A DNA stretch of 64,000 bases from NCBI RefSeq assembly GCF_033153115.1, contig NW_026889758.1, forward strand, positions 21,018,001-21,082,000, written 5' to 3'. How positions within the stretch are numbered: position 1 is the stretch's first letter; each line of letters opens with the position of its first letter. The position numbers and the translations under genes were made by a program. Source of the stretch: Saccostrea echinata (taxonomy: Eukaryota). The notes under the pieces were generated by a model. It worked only from the letters and a program-made list of their open reading frames with translations. It had not been told where the DNA came from and ran no database searches. Shown piece by piece: positions 37,172 through 51,582 of the stretch.

Positions 37172-39989
37172 ATAGCATATGACAATGGCAGTTAAACAAA
37201 GTGAGCAAGAGTAACAGATTAATAACAGATTAGAAAAATAATGTAGAGTAAATAAATTAAGATAACAGAGTGACAGTCCAGCAGAAACATACTGTCTTAC
37301 ATGTTTAAAATTGTGTTGACGTATAATTCTAAACAGTTTAAATAATAGTCGAGAGAATTATGTCTCTATTGCAAAACACACTGTGATAGAAATATAATTT
37401 TGTATATTAATATACTTTATGAAACACTCTTGATGATGCCTAAAATAGACACGGGGATATAGTCTAGGAAACGAAAATTTTAGAATTCTTCTTTGTGGCT
37501 AATTGATTTCCTTTGAATGAAGCAAACTAGAGCGAGAGTTAATGACGTGCATCTTGTTTATTGGAGAATCAATGTAAATAGTATTATTGGGATTTTTATA
37601 AGCCTAAATATTGTTATGTAAATGACACGCCGTGTTTGGCCAAATCTAAATAATGACAGATACGAAAAAAGAGACCGCTTTCACAATAATAATGAATACA
37701 GGGCATGTTTGCATCTGAATTGGTCCATCCGACAAGCTCACTATATATTGGTCATTGCTCCATCCGTTAGTAAAAGTGACACAGAAGTTATCATGTTGTA
37801 AAATTTGAATTTATTGGGTGGAGTAACAACATGATACAATGGTATCCCGCGGGTCTTGGTCCGTGAATAGAGAAATGCGTCTTGTTGATTCATCAGACTT
37901 GACACACACCTGCTGATGACAAGGTCATAGTTGAAGATGACATACACATGTTCTGATTAGAGACATCATTCTTAATAACTTAGCACCTTTAGTTCTCGTC
38001 TATCGTGTGAGGTCTTTTGATTTTGGTATCATATTTTATATGCTTACAGAAAGTTTCTTTGGTGTTTATTCTTCTTTAAACACATAGCAAATCCTGACTC
38101 AGTATGATGTAAAATGAAGAGTTTAACCCTTCAAGTACACAATAAACCAACAAAAAACTGGGGCTAGGATGAACTTAATACTGAGGAGAACAAGAACAAA
38201 ACACAAAGAACAAATAAAATTTGAATTTTGGCAGGTTTATAGAGGAGCCAAAGACCAATAGAGATAGACGTGGACTCGTGTTTTATTGGTCATCAGATCG
38301 ATTGCTTGCTCCTTATCTGTTGTTGCAAGCTCGGACAATCTAAACAGAATTCTGGCGTTGAAGAGGCAGAGATGTTTATAGAGTAAACACAGATGGGTGA
38401 TTTTGTCTACAGAATTATAGCTAATCTTTGATTAAAAAAGACATTTCTATTGAGTTGATAGAGAAATATCCAAGCCGACAGAGCTATGTGTATTCGTTCA
38501 AATGACATGAACATTAAAGTCAACTTAGCGTTTAACAGAGCTCTTGGGTATCCTCTGTCTATCAGTAAGAATAGATTTACAATTCCAATAGATTCAACTG
38601 ATGCTTTTGGAATCCTATTGTATCAATCTTTAGCCTGTTGAGGTCATGCAAGGTGAACACACGGCACTTGGGACAACATTATGCAATAAAAGCATTTGTG
38701 GCAAAGATTCAAAGAGCCGTTCATGTGGTTAGTCTGGTTCAACATACTCACCGAGGCCGCATGTCCTACCATAAAACTGATTAGGAATATAGTATGGTGA
38801 AAACGTTAACAGATTATTTTTAAATTTACAGGTAGTTGACTTAAATGACTCTCTACAAAATGATAACATTTAATACAGTGCACTAATATATGTGATATTG
38901 TAAAATGCATCTGATTGTACTTCAGGGTTTAAAAAACATAATAAAACCCTATTTCTGTGGGAGATCATAGAGATTTTTTGAAAGAAACAGAGTAGTCCTC
39001 ATAGGAAATCCTTTTGTTTACCAGGGTACCGTTTTAAACTTAGCTGACTGTAAAATCTTTTCAGATTAATCATTCAATGAAAAATTGCTTGCAAAAATAC
39101 ATTCTTCAAAATTCTTTTAGAAAAGATTAATACCATTTTCAAATTATTGTAAAGAATATATTATTCGCGAAATCATATATTGGTCTTAGTCAGTAAGTTC
39201 TTTTGTAAAACGGGTCCCTGTGCAACTCAAACCCTATGAGGACGTTACATTTCAGATGAAACATACAATTTATGTCTGTTAATGTACATTCCATATTCGT
39301 TTGCATGAATGAGTAGTTTGGAAAATCCCCCAAAAATTTAGCCATTGAGTGAATTGCCTGTTTTAAGAACAGTGGGTTAGTGGGATGCTGCAATCGCACT
39401 GATTCACGCAAATTATCGTCTTACGTGACAGTCCTTATCGAATAACAATGCATTATTTAAATGTAGTAATTAATTTTCCTTTCACCGTTTTCAAAAGAAA
39501 AAAAAGCACTTTGTCTGACATGCTAATTTTGCAATGTAATCTTAAACAAATTTAACATATTGAGTCTCCTTGATATAAATATAAGATGTAGTGAAACTGA
39601 AAGTATTTTGGAACTACAAGTTACATAACAAGATGGGCGCGTTCCTTGTTCATTGATGTCTGGTTCCATCTGAACAAGACACCTTATCACAACTAAGAAA
39701 TCATTAAATTCTTTGTAGGGGATGAGTTCCGATACTCAATAAAACGCTAGATTTGTTTTTTATTGTGTTTTTATGACTTGACTTTCAGATAGTAGCCCTT
39801 TAATTGTCTCGTCTGCTTTGTTTTAGCTTCTTACTAATTGTTTCATTTTTATTTGAGAATTTTTTGGCATGTCGGAATCATTGAAACCAAAAAAATAATT
39901 GACACAGAACTTAAGTAGCATTATTAAGATGCACTATTTTGTTTTTATCACCAACTCCTTATACTTACATCTTTAGTGTATAACCATCC

Positions 39990-41539
39990 TCACAACGTCC
40001 GGGGTCCTGAGTCAACTCATTGCCGTGGGACCCCTGACAAACTTCATTCGTTTTGAGCTCTACTGGTCAGAGACCAGAAGAGCTTATGCGATATTAAGGT
40101 GTCCGTCGTCCGTCCGTCTGTCTGTCCGTCTGTAAACAATTTTTCAAAATGCTACTCCTCCTACAGTTTTAGTCTGATTTCAATATAACTTGGCACATAA
40201 GTAGACTACACTAAGATACATAATTCTGTGTATCGGTTTTTAATTTCGATGAACGGTGTTGCCATGGTAACTAAAAATAGAGATTTCTGGGAAATACTTT
40301 CAAAATGCTACTCCTCCTACAGTTTTGGTTTGATTTCAATAAAACTTGGCACACAAGTAGACTACATAAAGATACATAATTATGTGTATCGGTTTTTGAT
40401 TTCGATAAACGGTTTTGCCATGGTTACTAAAAATAGAAATTTCCTTGAAAAACTTTCAAAACGATACTCCTCCTATAGTTTTGATCCGATTTCAAGAAAA
40501 CTTGGCATATAAGTAGACTACACTAAGATACATAATTCTGTGTATCTGTTTTAAATTTTGATGAACGGTGTTGCCATGGTCACTAAAAATAGAAATTTCT
40601 CTGTTATTCTTTAAAAATGCTACTCCTCCTACAGTTTTGGTCTGATTTCAGTATAATAGCGCACACTTAGACTACACTAAGATACATAATTCTGTACATC
40701 GGGATTTTTTTTCAATTTCGATGAATGGTGTTGTCATGGTTACTTAAAATAAAAATTTCCTTGAGATACTTTAAAAATGCTACTCCTCCTACACTTTTGA
40801 TCTGATTTCAGTATAACCCGGCACACAAGTAGACTACACTAAGATACATAATTTTTTTTTATTGGTTTTTGATTTCGATGAACGGTGTTGCCATGGTTAC
40901 TAAAAATAGAAATTTCTGTGAAATACTTTCAAAATGCTACTCTTCCTACAATTTTGGTCTAATTTCAGTATAACTTGGCACACAAGTAGACTACACTAAG
41001 ATACATAATTTTCTTTATTGTTTTTTGATTTTGTCGAATGATGTTGCCATGGTTACTAAAATCGAAATGTCTGTAAAATTCTTTCAAAAGGCTACTCCTC
41101 CTACAGTTTTAGTCTGATTGCAATAAATCTTGTCACAAAAAGAGACTAAACCAAGTATCATTATTCTATTTATTGCTGTTGTAAAGTTTCAAGTCCAAGT
41201 GCTACTTTTATCTTCCTTCGTTATAAGTACAAACCAGTAGAGCTACAGTCTCGCCAGAGACTTCTGGTTATTTTTCGGGTTTACTTCTCTCAATGACAAG
41301 CAACAATCAAATTGAAGCTTTCATAAGTAGGCACATAAAGTAAACAGAAAGGAATCAGTTGACACCTCAAATGCACGTGTCACAAGCGTTTTCTCACCGA
41401 AATGGTTGAGAGATAAGAAAAACAACCAAGATTTGTAATTTTCCCGAAAGACGTCGCTGCAGTCAGCCAATAAGATATTGAATGAAGTTTGTCAGGGGGT
41501 CCCACGAAAAAGAGTTGACCAAGGACCCCGACGCCGTGA
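39990..41539. mobile_element. MITE with ~60-bp TIRs hosting the family-1 HINE
   Basis: 39990-40049 is an imperfect reverse complement of 41480-41539. Confidence 0.75.
40051..41269 (-). mobile_element. HINE-like element family 1, second full copy (inverted)
   Basis: Same termini, microsatellite and 156-bp period as 25505-26723. Confidence 0.85.
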
Positions 41540-44169
41540 TAATGATGTGCTATCAGCATCAACAAAGACAATGTTCAAAGTTAAATGTATACCTCCTCTC
41601 CCAAAACAAGTAGATTCAGTCCCCTAGCAACCTCTGTTGCCTTGCTTGTGAGACAAGGAATTCATCAATGATCACACAATAAGAATCATTCTCCACTCTG
41701 ATGTTATACTACCCGGATATATATACGCAAAATAAAACATACATATAGCACCGTTTAATAATATTGTGAAAGGGATTGATATGTATTCGTTTTCAGTTTT
41801 ATATTTCTTACATAAACCGCCAAAACAGCCAGTATATGTACAGATGAGGTGTGAACAAATATAAACTATATCAGTACATGTACCATAATATTTTCTAGGG
41901 ATTTGAGAATGAATGTAACACTGTAATGTTAATTGAACGGAAGAAAACACCATTCAACTTGTTCCTAATTTTAATAAAATTTGGGATTTTTAAAAAAAAA
42001 AAATCCTTCGATTAGCAATACAGAATTAAGAAACCATCAGAAGATGACATTAAAGTTTCATTTTGAAAGCTTAATAAGACATTTTTCTCACAATTCTTTT
42101 TCGTTTTATGGCAGGATTTGACTCCATCATGCCTCTCAGATATGTTTCCATAACCACCGTCCCTAATGAAGCAGATCGTTCAGACAATCCGGGGCACTCA
42201 CGAACATTAAAAATAAGTATCAGGAAGCATTAAAGGAATTGGTTTGGGGATTTTTAAAATTTTATATCGAACAGTAATATCAGAGTATTGAGCCTAATAG
42301 AAAGCTACACGGACTTCGATTTTGTTGGATATTAAACAACAAAGACAAAAAGGGGTGAGTTGGGGGGTGGGTTGAGGTGGACTATGGCCCCTAGAGATTA
42401 GCGTTAAAGAGCAAGCGCTAAGACTTTTCTTTAACTATTTGTTTCTGGTAATGAGAGCATACATTTTAATTAATTATATTTCTTCAATTCGATGGCCTCT
42501 TAGATAACCACAGAAAACCAGCAAGACAGACACCAAGCAAAGAAAAATGGCGATTAGGAAGACTCCACAGAGACCTCCTGTATCAATGGTTTTCCAAGTA
42601 ATTCAATTTCATTGCCCTGCAGAACGAGTATCACCCACTTCTATATTAATGTCGATGAATCGCCGCTGTCTTGCATTAGAAGGTTCGCATATTTGTCTCT
42701 CTTTTTTACAGAAGACATAATAGTTGCGTGTATAATACTAGAAGCACCATGGTTCCAATACTCTTTTTAATTTATGGATAGGAGGCCATATACAATTGGA
42801 TGCCTAGACTAGCCTTAACAAAAGCTGTGCTAAGAAGAATAAATTTAGCAGGAAAAAATAGATTAACGGTTCCTCACAAAGTTACCAAAACTTGGAATGA
42901 TTTTTAAATGAAAGAATCAATGAAAATTGTAAGCAGTAACAGATTCTCTCCTGATATATATCCCCCACCCCCTCTGTTTCTCCAACGAGGTGAGCACATC
43001 TTAACTGAAGTGGGTGAAACTTGCCATTGGTGTCAGGTAATTTAACGGCTTTTGTTCTTAGGAACACAAGTCTCACCGATATATTGACTTTCAGACAAGT
43101 GTTTTGTCTTTTTCGTTTCAGCGTACGAGAAAGAGATACTTCTGTGCCACCTCCGATGAACTTCTTCCTCAAGATCAATATCATTATGTCAAATGGGTCT
43201 GACGGACTTTCTTCTCGGAAAAAAGAAAGCTATAATCATTGAGGATGATTATCAAATAAAGGCGTGTTAGGTACAGAGTAAAATAGGTTAAGATTCTGTC
43301 AGCAGTTATCTAAACATGCTACCAAGTCAAAATGTTTTTGTATACTAGTACTTATCCATGATAAAAGCTATACATCAGAAAGAGAGAGAGAGGAAATTTA
43401 TCCCTGGTGAGAACAACAATTTTGGTAATCATTTATTTTTTAAAAAAATGCAACAATTGCAGGGACTGTTCGGACACAAAAATAATTCCACTAGATTCTT
43501 AAATGTCAGTTATGATTATGAATGATAAAAAGATCAATTGTGTTCGTCTTTCGAAAATTCTTTAAAATTTTATACAGCTGCAGCTTAATCTTCTGTGTAG
43601 AGATATTGTGACTGTGAAATAAACTGTTCTAATCTTCCTAAATAGCTTAAACATCTTGTCTTCCCCTGGTTCGTTCATCACCTGCACCGTAATTTTTTTA
43701 TTACACAGAATTATTCATGTCAGTGGTCGACGCAAATATCTAGCTAGGGCTGCTAAGTGTATGCGTCTTGCGCTTGCCATCCCCGTGCTCAAGGTTCTTC
43801 CCGTCACCATACCATATTTATTATCGTATATATAATGCAACCCCCCCCCCCAAAAAAAAAAAAAAAAAACTCCTCAATCACTCAACAGTGAAATATTACT
43901 ATTAAGATTTAAATCAGGATGTTATTAATATAATTTCTATACTCATTTGTAAGAAACTGCTTTAGATGCGTTACTTTTTTATATATCAAAGAAACATTGA
44001 CTAGTATAAGTTTTGTTTTCTCACTTGTCATAACTTTCAGATTTTATTTATTTCAATGGCAAACCAATGAATAGATGAGTCACTGATGTTTTACAGTCAA
44101 ATTGGATGTTTGAGATTTTCTTTAAGTAAGCTTTCTTTTCCTGTGTAAACATTAAATACATGTCATTGT

Positions 44170-44333
44170 ATTAGTTTGTTTAACGTCCCTTCGAGAATTT
44201 TTCACTCATATTGAGACGTGGTGCCACCACTTGTCGGTCGAGGACTGTACTCTGCACTTACGGCTTTTGAGCAGTAAGGGATCTTTTTCGTGCCAGCACC
44301 TTAATCGGACCTCGGTTTATACGGTCTCATCCT
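44170..44333 (-). mobile_element. SINE family B 3' fragment
   Basis: Reverse-complement similarity to 6735-6910. Confidence 0.7.
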
Positions 44334-45438
44334 TGAGTAGAATTTGTTTAATACGTTTGTTAAATTAATAAATGTATTAAAATTTACACCATGAGTATTT
44401 TGCGAGGAATGTCTAGAGTTTGAATTAAAATTAATAAGAATAAAATAAGAGATATTATAGAAAGGTATTTGTAAGGAAAACCAAAAAAAAAATGCTGTTC
44501 TTCACTTTCAAGAATTACTGTATGCCCGTCAATTAATGCTATAAGCTTCTGGATCCGCTCACAAGAAATTATGTGTACTAATTTTATCAACAACTGCAAA
44601 ATATCTTCAAAGTTTTCGGTAAGTTTTGTGCAGGTGTGTCAAATTTTAAGAAATGACCTGAAAAGTTACATGTTAATAGGTAGGTAAAATTAATTTTAAG
44701 CTTCAAAATTTATTATTTTGTTCATCAAGAAATAAAACTTCAAAACAAAAACTAAATTACATTAGCTGATTGACAAATACACATTCCAGGTCTAAGCATT
44801 TTCAGAGAGAGCCAACAAAAAACCTTGTTTTCCAGCAGGCAATATGGACAGAAAATAACTCACCGTTTGCTCAAAACCAGAAGCTTTGTAAAATTTATTA
44901 ACTAATCATAAGAATTTTTACAGAACCCTACAACATACACAATAATTTAGGGATGTAATCATAGGTCAATGCAAGTTCAGCCTTGTTTTGGAGTGAAAAT
45001 CCCCCAAGGAACCATAAAACAATAGAAAAACCACATCGGAACAGACAATATAAAAACTCATTGATAATTTGATTTCCTGTGTAATTTAGTTCCGAGAAAA
45101 AACATTCACTTTTTTAGGAAGTTATGGTATTAATGCCGAGATTGGTTTCTACGATGAAGATCAGATACAATACTCCAAAATCTGGCTAGTTGTTTCATCT
45201 TAGATGACTGTTAGTGTTATTTTTCACCGATGAACTTCTTTTACAATATAAATACATTGCAATTTGTCATGATACAGTTAAACAAATCTAATTACGTGCT
45301 GATTGCTTCTCCGCCTTTAACTCACACGATTCATATCCAAAATGTGTACCCTTTCAGTACAACCTCAGAGCAACTATGCTTCCTTTTGAGTATTAAATTA
45401 TACACCTATAATATTCATGTCACATCTTTTTAAACATT

Positions 45439-45441
<3 letters not shown>

Positions 45442-45526
<85 letters not shown>
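45442..45526. repeat. (AT)n microsatellite
   Basis: Direct observation. Confidence 0.97.
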
Positions 45527-45528
<2 letters not shown>

Positions 45529-45724
45529 AATGCTCCTTACCTTACTGAGTTAGAAATGAGATTCAGCAACAGTGTCCGACACTGATGACGCAATGCTTTG
45601 GTATCTAGGTAAATGCATGTGTCCGATACAGTTGTCGTAAGGTTCAGTGTATGGAAAATGTATGTGCCCGACACGACAGACGCAATACTTCACTATCTAG
45701 GTAAATGTATGTATTTCGACACTG

Positions 45725-45919
45725 CGGGTCCGCACCCCCTCCTCCCCCCCCCCCCCCGGAATTTGCAGAGTTATTAAAAGGAATTTTATGAGGTTTTTTG
45801 TTTGTTTTTGTTTTTGTTTTTTTTTTTTTTGGTCAAGAAATTTCTGAGTAAGAATTTTTTTTGATATGGTTGGACCCCCCCCCCCCCCCCCTTGGAAAAA
45901 ATTCCTGGATCCGCGCCTG
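45725..45919 (-). mobile_element. Same poly-G/C MITE family, inserted into a ~47-bp minisatellite (45572-45975)
   Basis: Ends GGAAAAAATTCCTGGATCCGCGCCTG; flanked by GTCCGACACTGATGACGCAATGCTT units. Confidence 0.6.
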
Positions 45920-47088
45920 TCAAGTATCCGAGTAAATACATGTGTTTCTTCACTGCTGACGCAATGCTTCGCTATGGAAGTTGTTGCAACAATATATACA
46001 AGTAAATTTGTAATTATAAAAATTATAAAGCATTTGAAATCAAGAAAGTTGTAAATAATTAACTTGGGACAGAATTAATAATAAAAACTGTCTGAGTAAA
46101 GTTCAATGTTTAAAGATAAAATTTGAATTTATAAAAATAATATAAATAGGTTATATTTATAAATCTTACACATTTAATTAATATAACGCGCGTATTATTT
46201 AAATGAATATATTTTCGAATTCACTGAATCTAGCAACCATAGTTCAGGACCATTTTAACAGTTCATCATACTGGCCCTCAAAAAGGACACCAGAAAAGAT
46301 CATTTGAATTAGTAATGTGATCAAATGAGAATTTATGCCATGAATAATTTTGTAGAAGAATGCACAATCGATCATCATCAAAATTGTCTGTATTGTTTTT
46401 ATGTAAATAAAGTTTGCTAAAGTATAATTCAGAGATGCAATTTGAACCAACTCTGACCCCCCCCCCCCCCCATTTCAGTATTATATATAATTAGCCATCG
46501 ATGGAAAGTATATCGGAATCTAAACATATTTAAAAAAATAAAAGGTTGAATATTTAAAAAAAAAAAAGAAGGTACCAATCTAGTAATTCACATTTTACTC
46601 GCTTTGAAGTGGATTATAAAAGTCAAACAAGTGTCATATTGTCTGGCGGAGTCTTAATCTTTCACAATAAATAATGAAATAATTCGTATTAGGACACTGA
46701 TAAGACGAGAAGTGGATTTTTATGTCCCTCAAATTATATCTCCCTCCTATCACGTTACCCTCTTGTTAAAAAAAAGACTGTTGACAGTTCCCGGGAAATC
46801 TTCAATCGATAATTATTTCATTACTTCATCAGAACAACTGTGCAAAACGTCAAGGCAATTAATGATAGTTTTCGTTTTTTGGTTAATAAAAAAACGTGTT
46901 TTCAAGTTAGATAAGATTGTTATTATATTATTCTTTTACCAAATGTTCAGTTCAGCATGAAATACCAGTAAGCGACATTAGCTTAAAGTTTAGTTTTTAA
47001 AAATCACCAGGATTATTGTAAACAACATTCTCCCTCATGTATGTAGCAGATTAATATTGTGTAAATGAAAACTTTATGTTTCGATATT

Positions 47089-47204
47089 TGTAAATTTTGA
47101 ATTACTTTGTGGAGGTAAATGCAAAAGTTACAATAAAGTACATGTAATTGTAATAGTGTTGTAAATTTTGCATTTACCTTCACCCAATAAATTCAAAATT
47201 TACA
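47089..47204. repeat. Foldback palindrome related to 8408-8578
   Basis: TGTAAATTTTGAATT..GGTAAATGCAAAA / TTTTGCATTTACC..AATTCAAAATTTACA. Confidence 0.55.
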
Positions 47205-48004
47205 TAATACTGCTGCCAATAATGCCACAATAAATTGATTTTTTATTCAACAACATATAACATCATTAATGATGACAATTTAATTCTGATTATCTACACA
47301 TGCCCATACACTTCTTGTATTTCAAAAATGACCTGGTTGGAATCTGATCAAAATAACACGTAGTTTAAGATGACCTGACAATCCGGAGTTTTTTTTTTTA
47401 ATCAGGACGTCTTAAACAGGCACATGTCGCCTGATGGATCAAGGCATAGGACCAGTTCAGATTTCACTAATTCATCACACGCCTCCTTAACATTTTTATC
47501 CTTTATAGATTAAGATTAGACTTAATAAGTAGATCAAATAAAACAATTTCATCGAGTTAAGAATTGTGAAATAAAACAAATTCAGCGAGTTAAGAATTGT
47601 TGCAAAATAAACTTTAAAATCTGACTTATCACCATCAAACTCGCTCAAAAAACTTACCACCATCAAACTCGCTCAAAAAATCAACGTACAAACCATTTAA
47701 TATAGGTCATACAGTTAAATACAGAAATGATAAGAATCACAGAGATTAAAGGCATTTCTTTTCCTTCTAATCCTTTTTGACTCTGTTGAATTCTTAAAAT
47801 TAATGCTTTGTAAGATACAGAGTTTGTTAAAAATCGTCACAACAATTTTTTAAGGAAAATTCAAGATTATCAGTAAAAAGTTACACAAGTTTTTCCTACT
47901 CAATAACCAATGTCTGAGTGTGAGGGGACCTGACTGTAAGCGGGTACCCCTTTCAATTATCAATACATCATACATGTATTGTCCTTAACATAAAAACTAC
48001 ATAA

Positions 48005-48515
48005 TGAAATGTGAAGACAATGCACAGTAATCGTGCTGTCAATAAGACAATACATGTACAAACTGTGAGTAGAACAAACACGGATCTCTGAAAACAGAGG
48101 TGGAATCGGGTGCCATGGAGGACTGCGCATCCCATGTCGACCGGTCACACCCGCCACGTACCCCTTGTCATGATCGGGTAAATGGGAGGGAAAAAAAACG
48201 AAGACAATTCGGTGTGTAAATAAATCAACCTAACAATTTGTATGAAAGATTCGACTCAACGATAGATTGTATTTGCAAACAATGTCATTGTATCGAGCAT
48301 AAAATTTGCAAAATGTTAACTTTAAAAGAGATTTTTGATATCCTCGTGTCATCAACTTATATCTCAGCAGTCTGTCTCGTTTTAGAAATTGTTCTTACGT
48401 AGAACACGGTTTTGTGAATCGAATCAACGGGGAGACATAAACCCCATATTCAGATGATAATGATATATTGGTACATAAATAAGGGCAGTTGACGATAGAA
48501 AAGTTGTCATTGCAC
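48005..48515 (-). mobile_element. Penelope-like 3' fragment
   Basis: Degenerate FSIVNCPYL..YGVYV..LIR plus the 3' motif. Confidence 0.72.
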
Positions 48516-50764
48516 GTTTATGCTCTTAGCATAATAAGGCTATGCATTCTCATTTGAAATAATAGTTAAACCCTGAATGTGTGATTCTTGCGAACTCTGG
48601 GGTACCAGAACACTGTCAACACACCTAAGCGTTCTTAGTACGATGAATTCATTTATGCGGAAGGGCTAAGGACTCTCGGGATTCTTCGAAAGCGCGACTG
48701 TTCGAATCAAAAAGCAATAAATCTGAATTGTTCCCTGCTTAAATGGTGTGTCCTGTTTGAATTTCAAGACCGAGATATGCAAATCAAGTGTACTCGGCGT
48801 GATTTCAACCACCCCGACATCTACAACGAAAAGAATTGATTTTCCGGCCATTAAAATGAGTAACACTTCTCAGTTCCATTAATGAACTTTTATTAATAAA
48901 GGAATCGCACAAATGCTGAATGACTAATTCATGACAAAAGCTTTGTCATCGAAAGGCCGTTTATCTGTTACTGGCCGATTTCTAAAGATGTGTCCCTGCA
49001 ATAGGTCACTTATTTTAAAGTCAGAAGGGCCTAATCATAATAAATAATTTTTTGTTATGTTTGATGGTAAAAATCTTGTTAAAATTTACTACAAGATTGT
49101 CAGTGTAAACCTTGTGATGGTATTGTTTAGTTAGATGTCGATCATTGTTACTTTGGTTAAAAAAAGTTCAATCCATCCAGATTTTCTAATAATATACATG
49201 TATTTTTTAAAATGCAATATTCATTAAAGCTATAGAAAATATGACTCGTGGAAGAATAATAGTTTGTTATTTAAAATAAATATTTGTTGTGTAACAAATT
49301 CGACCATAGATTCTTTATATTATGCAAAGATGATGAACATATCTGTAAATTGTAACAACCACTAGTGTGGATATTCGACCACTTGTGAATAATAGGTGTT
49401 GTGATTGAAGATTAAGAAATATCTTAAGAAATCGTATTAACCCATTCTTTTGCAAATCAGCACAAAAAACTTCAGATTAACACTAAAATGATATTGAGCG
49501 GTTAAGTACTTTAATTAAATCTCCACGAACTTATAAGGAGTAATCCAACTATGTAAGATGTATCGTATATCCAACACTGAAATGTACACAAGGATTAACC
49601 GCCTATAAAAATATCAATGCCAGGAATATGGACGACTAGGTGGTTATGTATAGCACAAAAACTATATGAAATAATTATTTTAACTTATTTTTATAAAGGC
49701 AACCAATGATGCATAACTGTTGTCTATTAAGAATAGCTCTAGAAATACTGCTAAGAATATCACTAATCGTAGTAATTAAAACAAGGGACATCAACATGCT
49801 ACGGAAGCTTTCAACCAAAACAACCAACTCCAAATAATCTATGTGTGAATATATATATATATATATATCGATGTCCACTTCTTTGATACCTTTTTCAATC
49901 AGAGTGGAAATAAGGAATGGAATTGTCTTTTTATATCATAGGCAGAAAATGGCAGTGAATATTTAATCTCTGCATTCCCTACAGTTTATCTCTAATTAAA
50001 ACTTACCCGATTTTAACAGGAGAAGCAAAATGAGGGTCTTTATAATCCGTAGCGAATGTAAAAGAATCATTTTTTCAACTTCCTATTTTTGTTATTTTTC
50101 ACTTTATCTTCAGCAGCTAAATTTCTGAATTTTCAATACAACCGAAATTGAAACATTTTTTCCAGATAAGTCCAGATGAATTCATTTATTTGGGCTGCAT
50201 CACAGTGTTCACAGTCAGCGATTGTCACATAGAATAGTAAAGAACAGTAATCCAAATTGAATAGCAGGAAAGAGTTGTCGTTACTGTCGTAAGCGTTAGG
50301 AGTGAAAATCATGACAGTAAGTGACAATTCCCCGTGCTCCTGAATATAACTATGCGACTCTGTGATCAGTTTGAGGAAATGCGATGAGTTTCAATATTTA
50401 TTAATGTTTAAAGATACGAATGGCATACATTGTATTTCCATGGGAATTACATTATATAACAGTTTAACTACCATTTTTTCTGCATTCTATTCGGGGGGAA
50501 AATCGGGTGAAATATTTTTCTTAACATTAAATAGTATAGTTGTTCCCCGGAGATGTAACACATAAAACCAAAGCGATTATTGGCATTCAAATGTATTTCA
50601 TTTTCCATCTATCTTTACTGAAAAAAAAGTCTGTTTAATCAACGATACCAGTTGTATAGTTGATAAAAATTGAAGCAGGGTTCAATCATCATTCAATGGC
50701 TGCACCATTTTGTACAATCATGCAGTGTATTGACTTTTCATTCATATGTAGCCAAAGTTAGATC

Positions 50765-51582
50765 AACAAGATGTGTTTGTGAAACACTGATGCCCCCGTA
50801 TGACAGCTTATGGCAAAGGTTAAAGTTTCTTAAATGCAAGTCAAATTCCAAGGTCAAGAGATAAAAAATGTTGTTACCCAAAGAAAGGACTTGTTTCATG
50901 GATTTAGCTGGTAAATATGAAAGCCCAAGCATCAACCTTTCAAAAGTTATAATCAAGGTTAATGTTTTCTAAAATTGGGTCAAACTCCAAGGCAAAGGTC
51001 AAAAAGGAAAAACCTTGTGATACGAAATACACATGCAAAATATAAAAGCCCTAGTACCAACACTTCTAAAGTTATGACCAAGGTTAAAGTTTTATAAAAG
51101 TAGGTCAAACTCCAAGGTCAAGAGGTCAAAATTGTTGGTATCCAAGGATAGGTCTTGTCACAAAGAACATAACTGTGAAATTTGAAAACCCTAGTACTAA
51201 CTGTTCAAAAGTTATGTCCAAGGTTAAAGTTTTTTGAAAGTGTGTCAAACCTTAAGGTCAAGGTCAAAGAATATTTACACCCATGGAAAGGTCTTGTCAC
51301 ATTGAATACACATCTGAAATATGAAAGCCCTAGCACCAACTATTCAAAAGCTATGGCCAAGGTTTAAGTTAGGTAAATTTTTGCAAAAGTGGGTCAAACT
51401 CCAGGGTTAAGAGGTCAAATATGTTGGTCCTAAAAGAGAGGTCTTGTCACAAGGAATACACATGTGAAATATGAAAGCCATAGCTCCAACCAATCAAAAG
51501 GTATGGTAAAGGTTTTAAGTTTATGCGGACAAACAGACAGACGAACGGAAAGGGCAAAAACTATATATACCGGGCATAAAAA
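50765..51582 (+). mobile_element. HINE-like element family 2
   Basis: Starts AACAAGATGTGTTTGTGAAACAC; same monomers and GACA tract. Confidence 0.82.

Noticed and set aside
42882-43242. Overlapping 100-aa and 73-aa ORFs
   Set aside because: No recognisable motif and no partner exons; compatible with chance.
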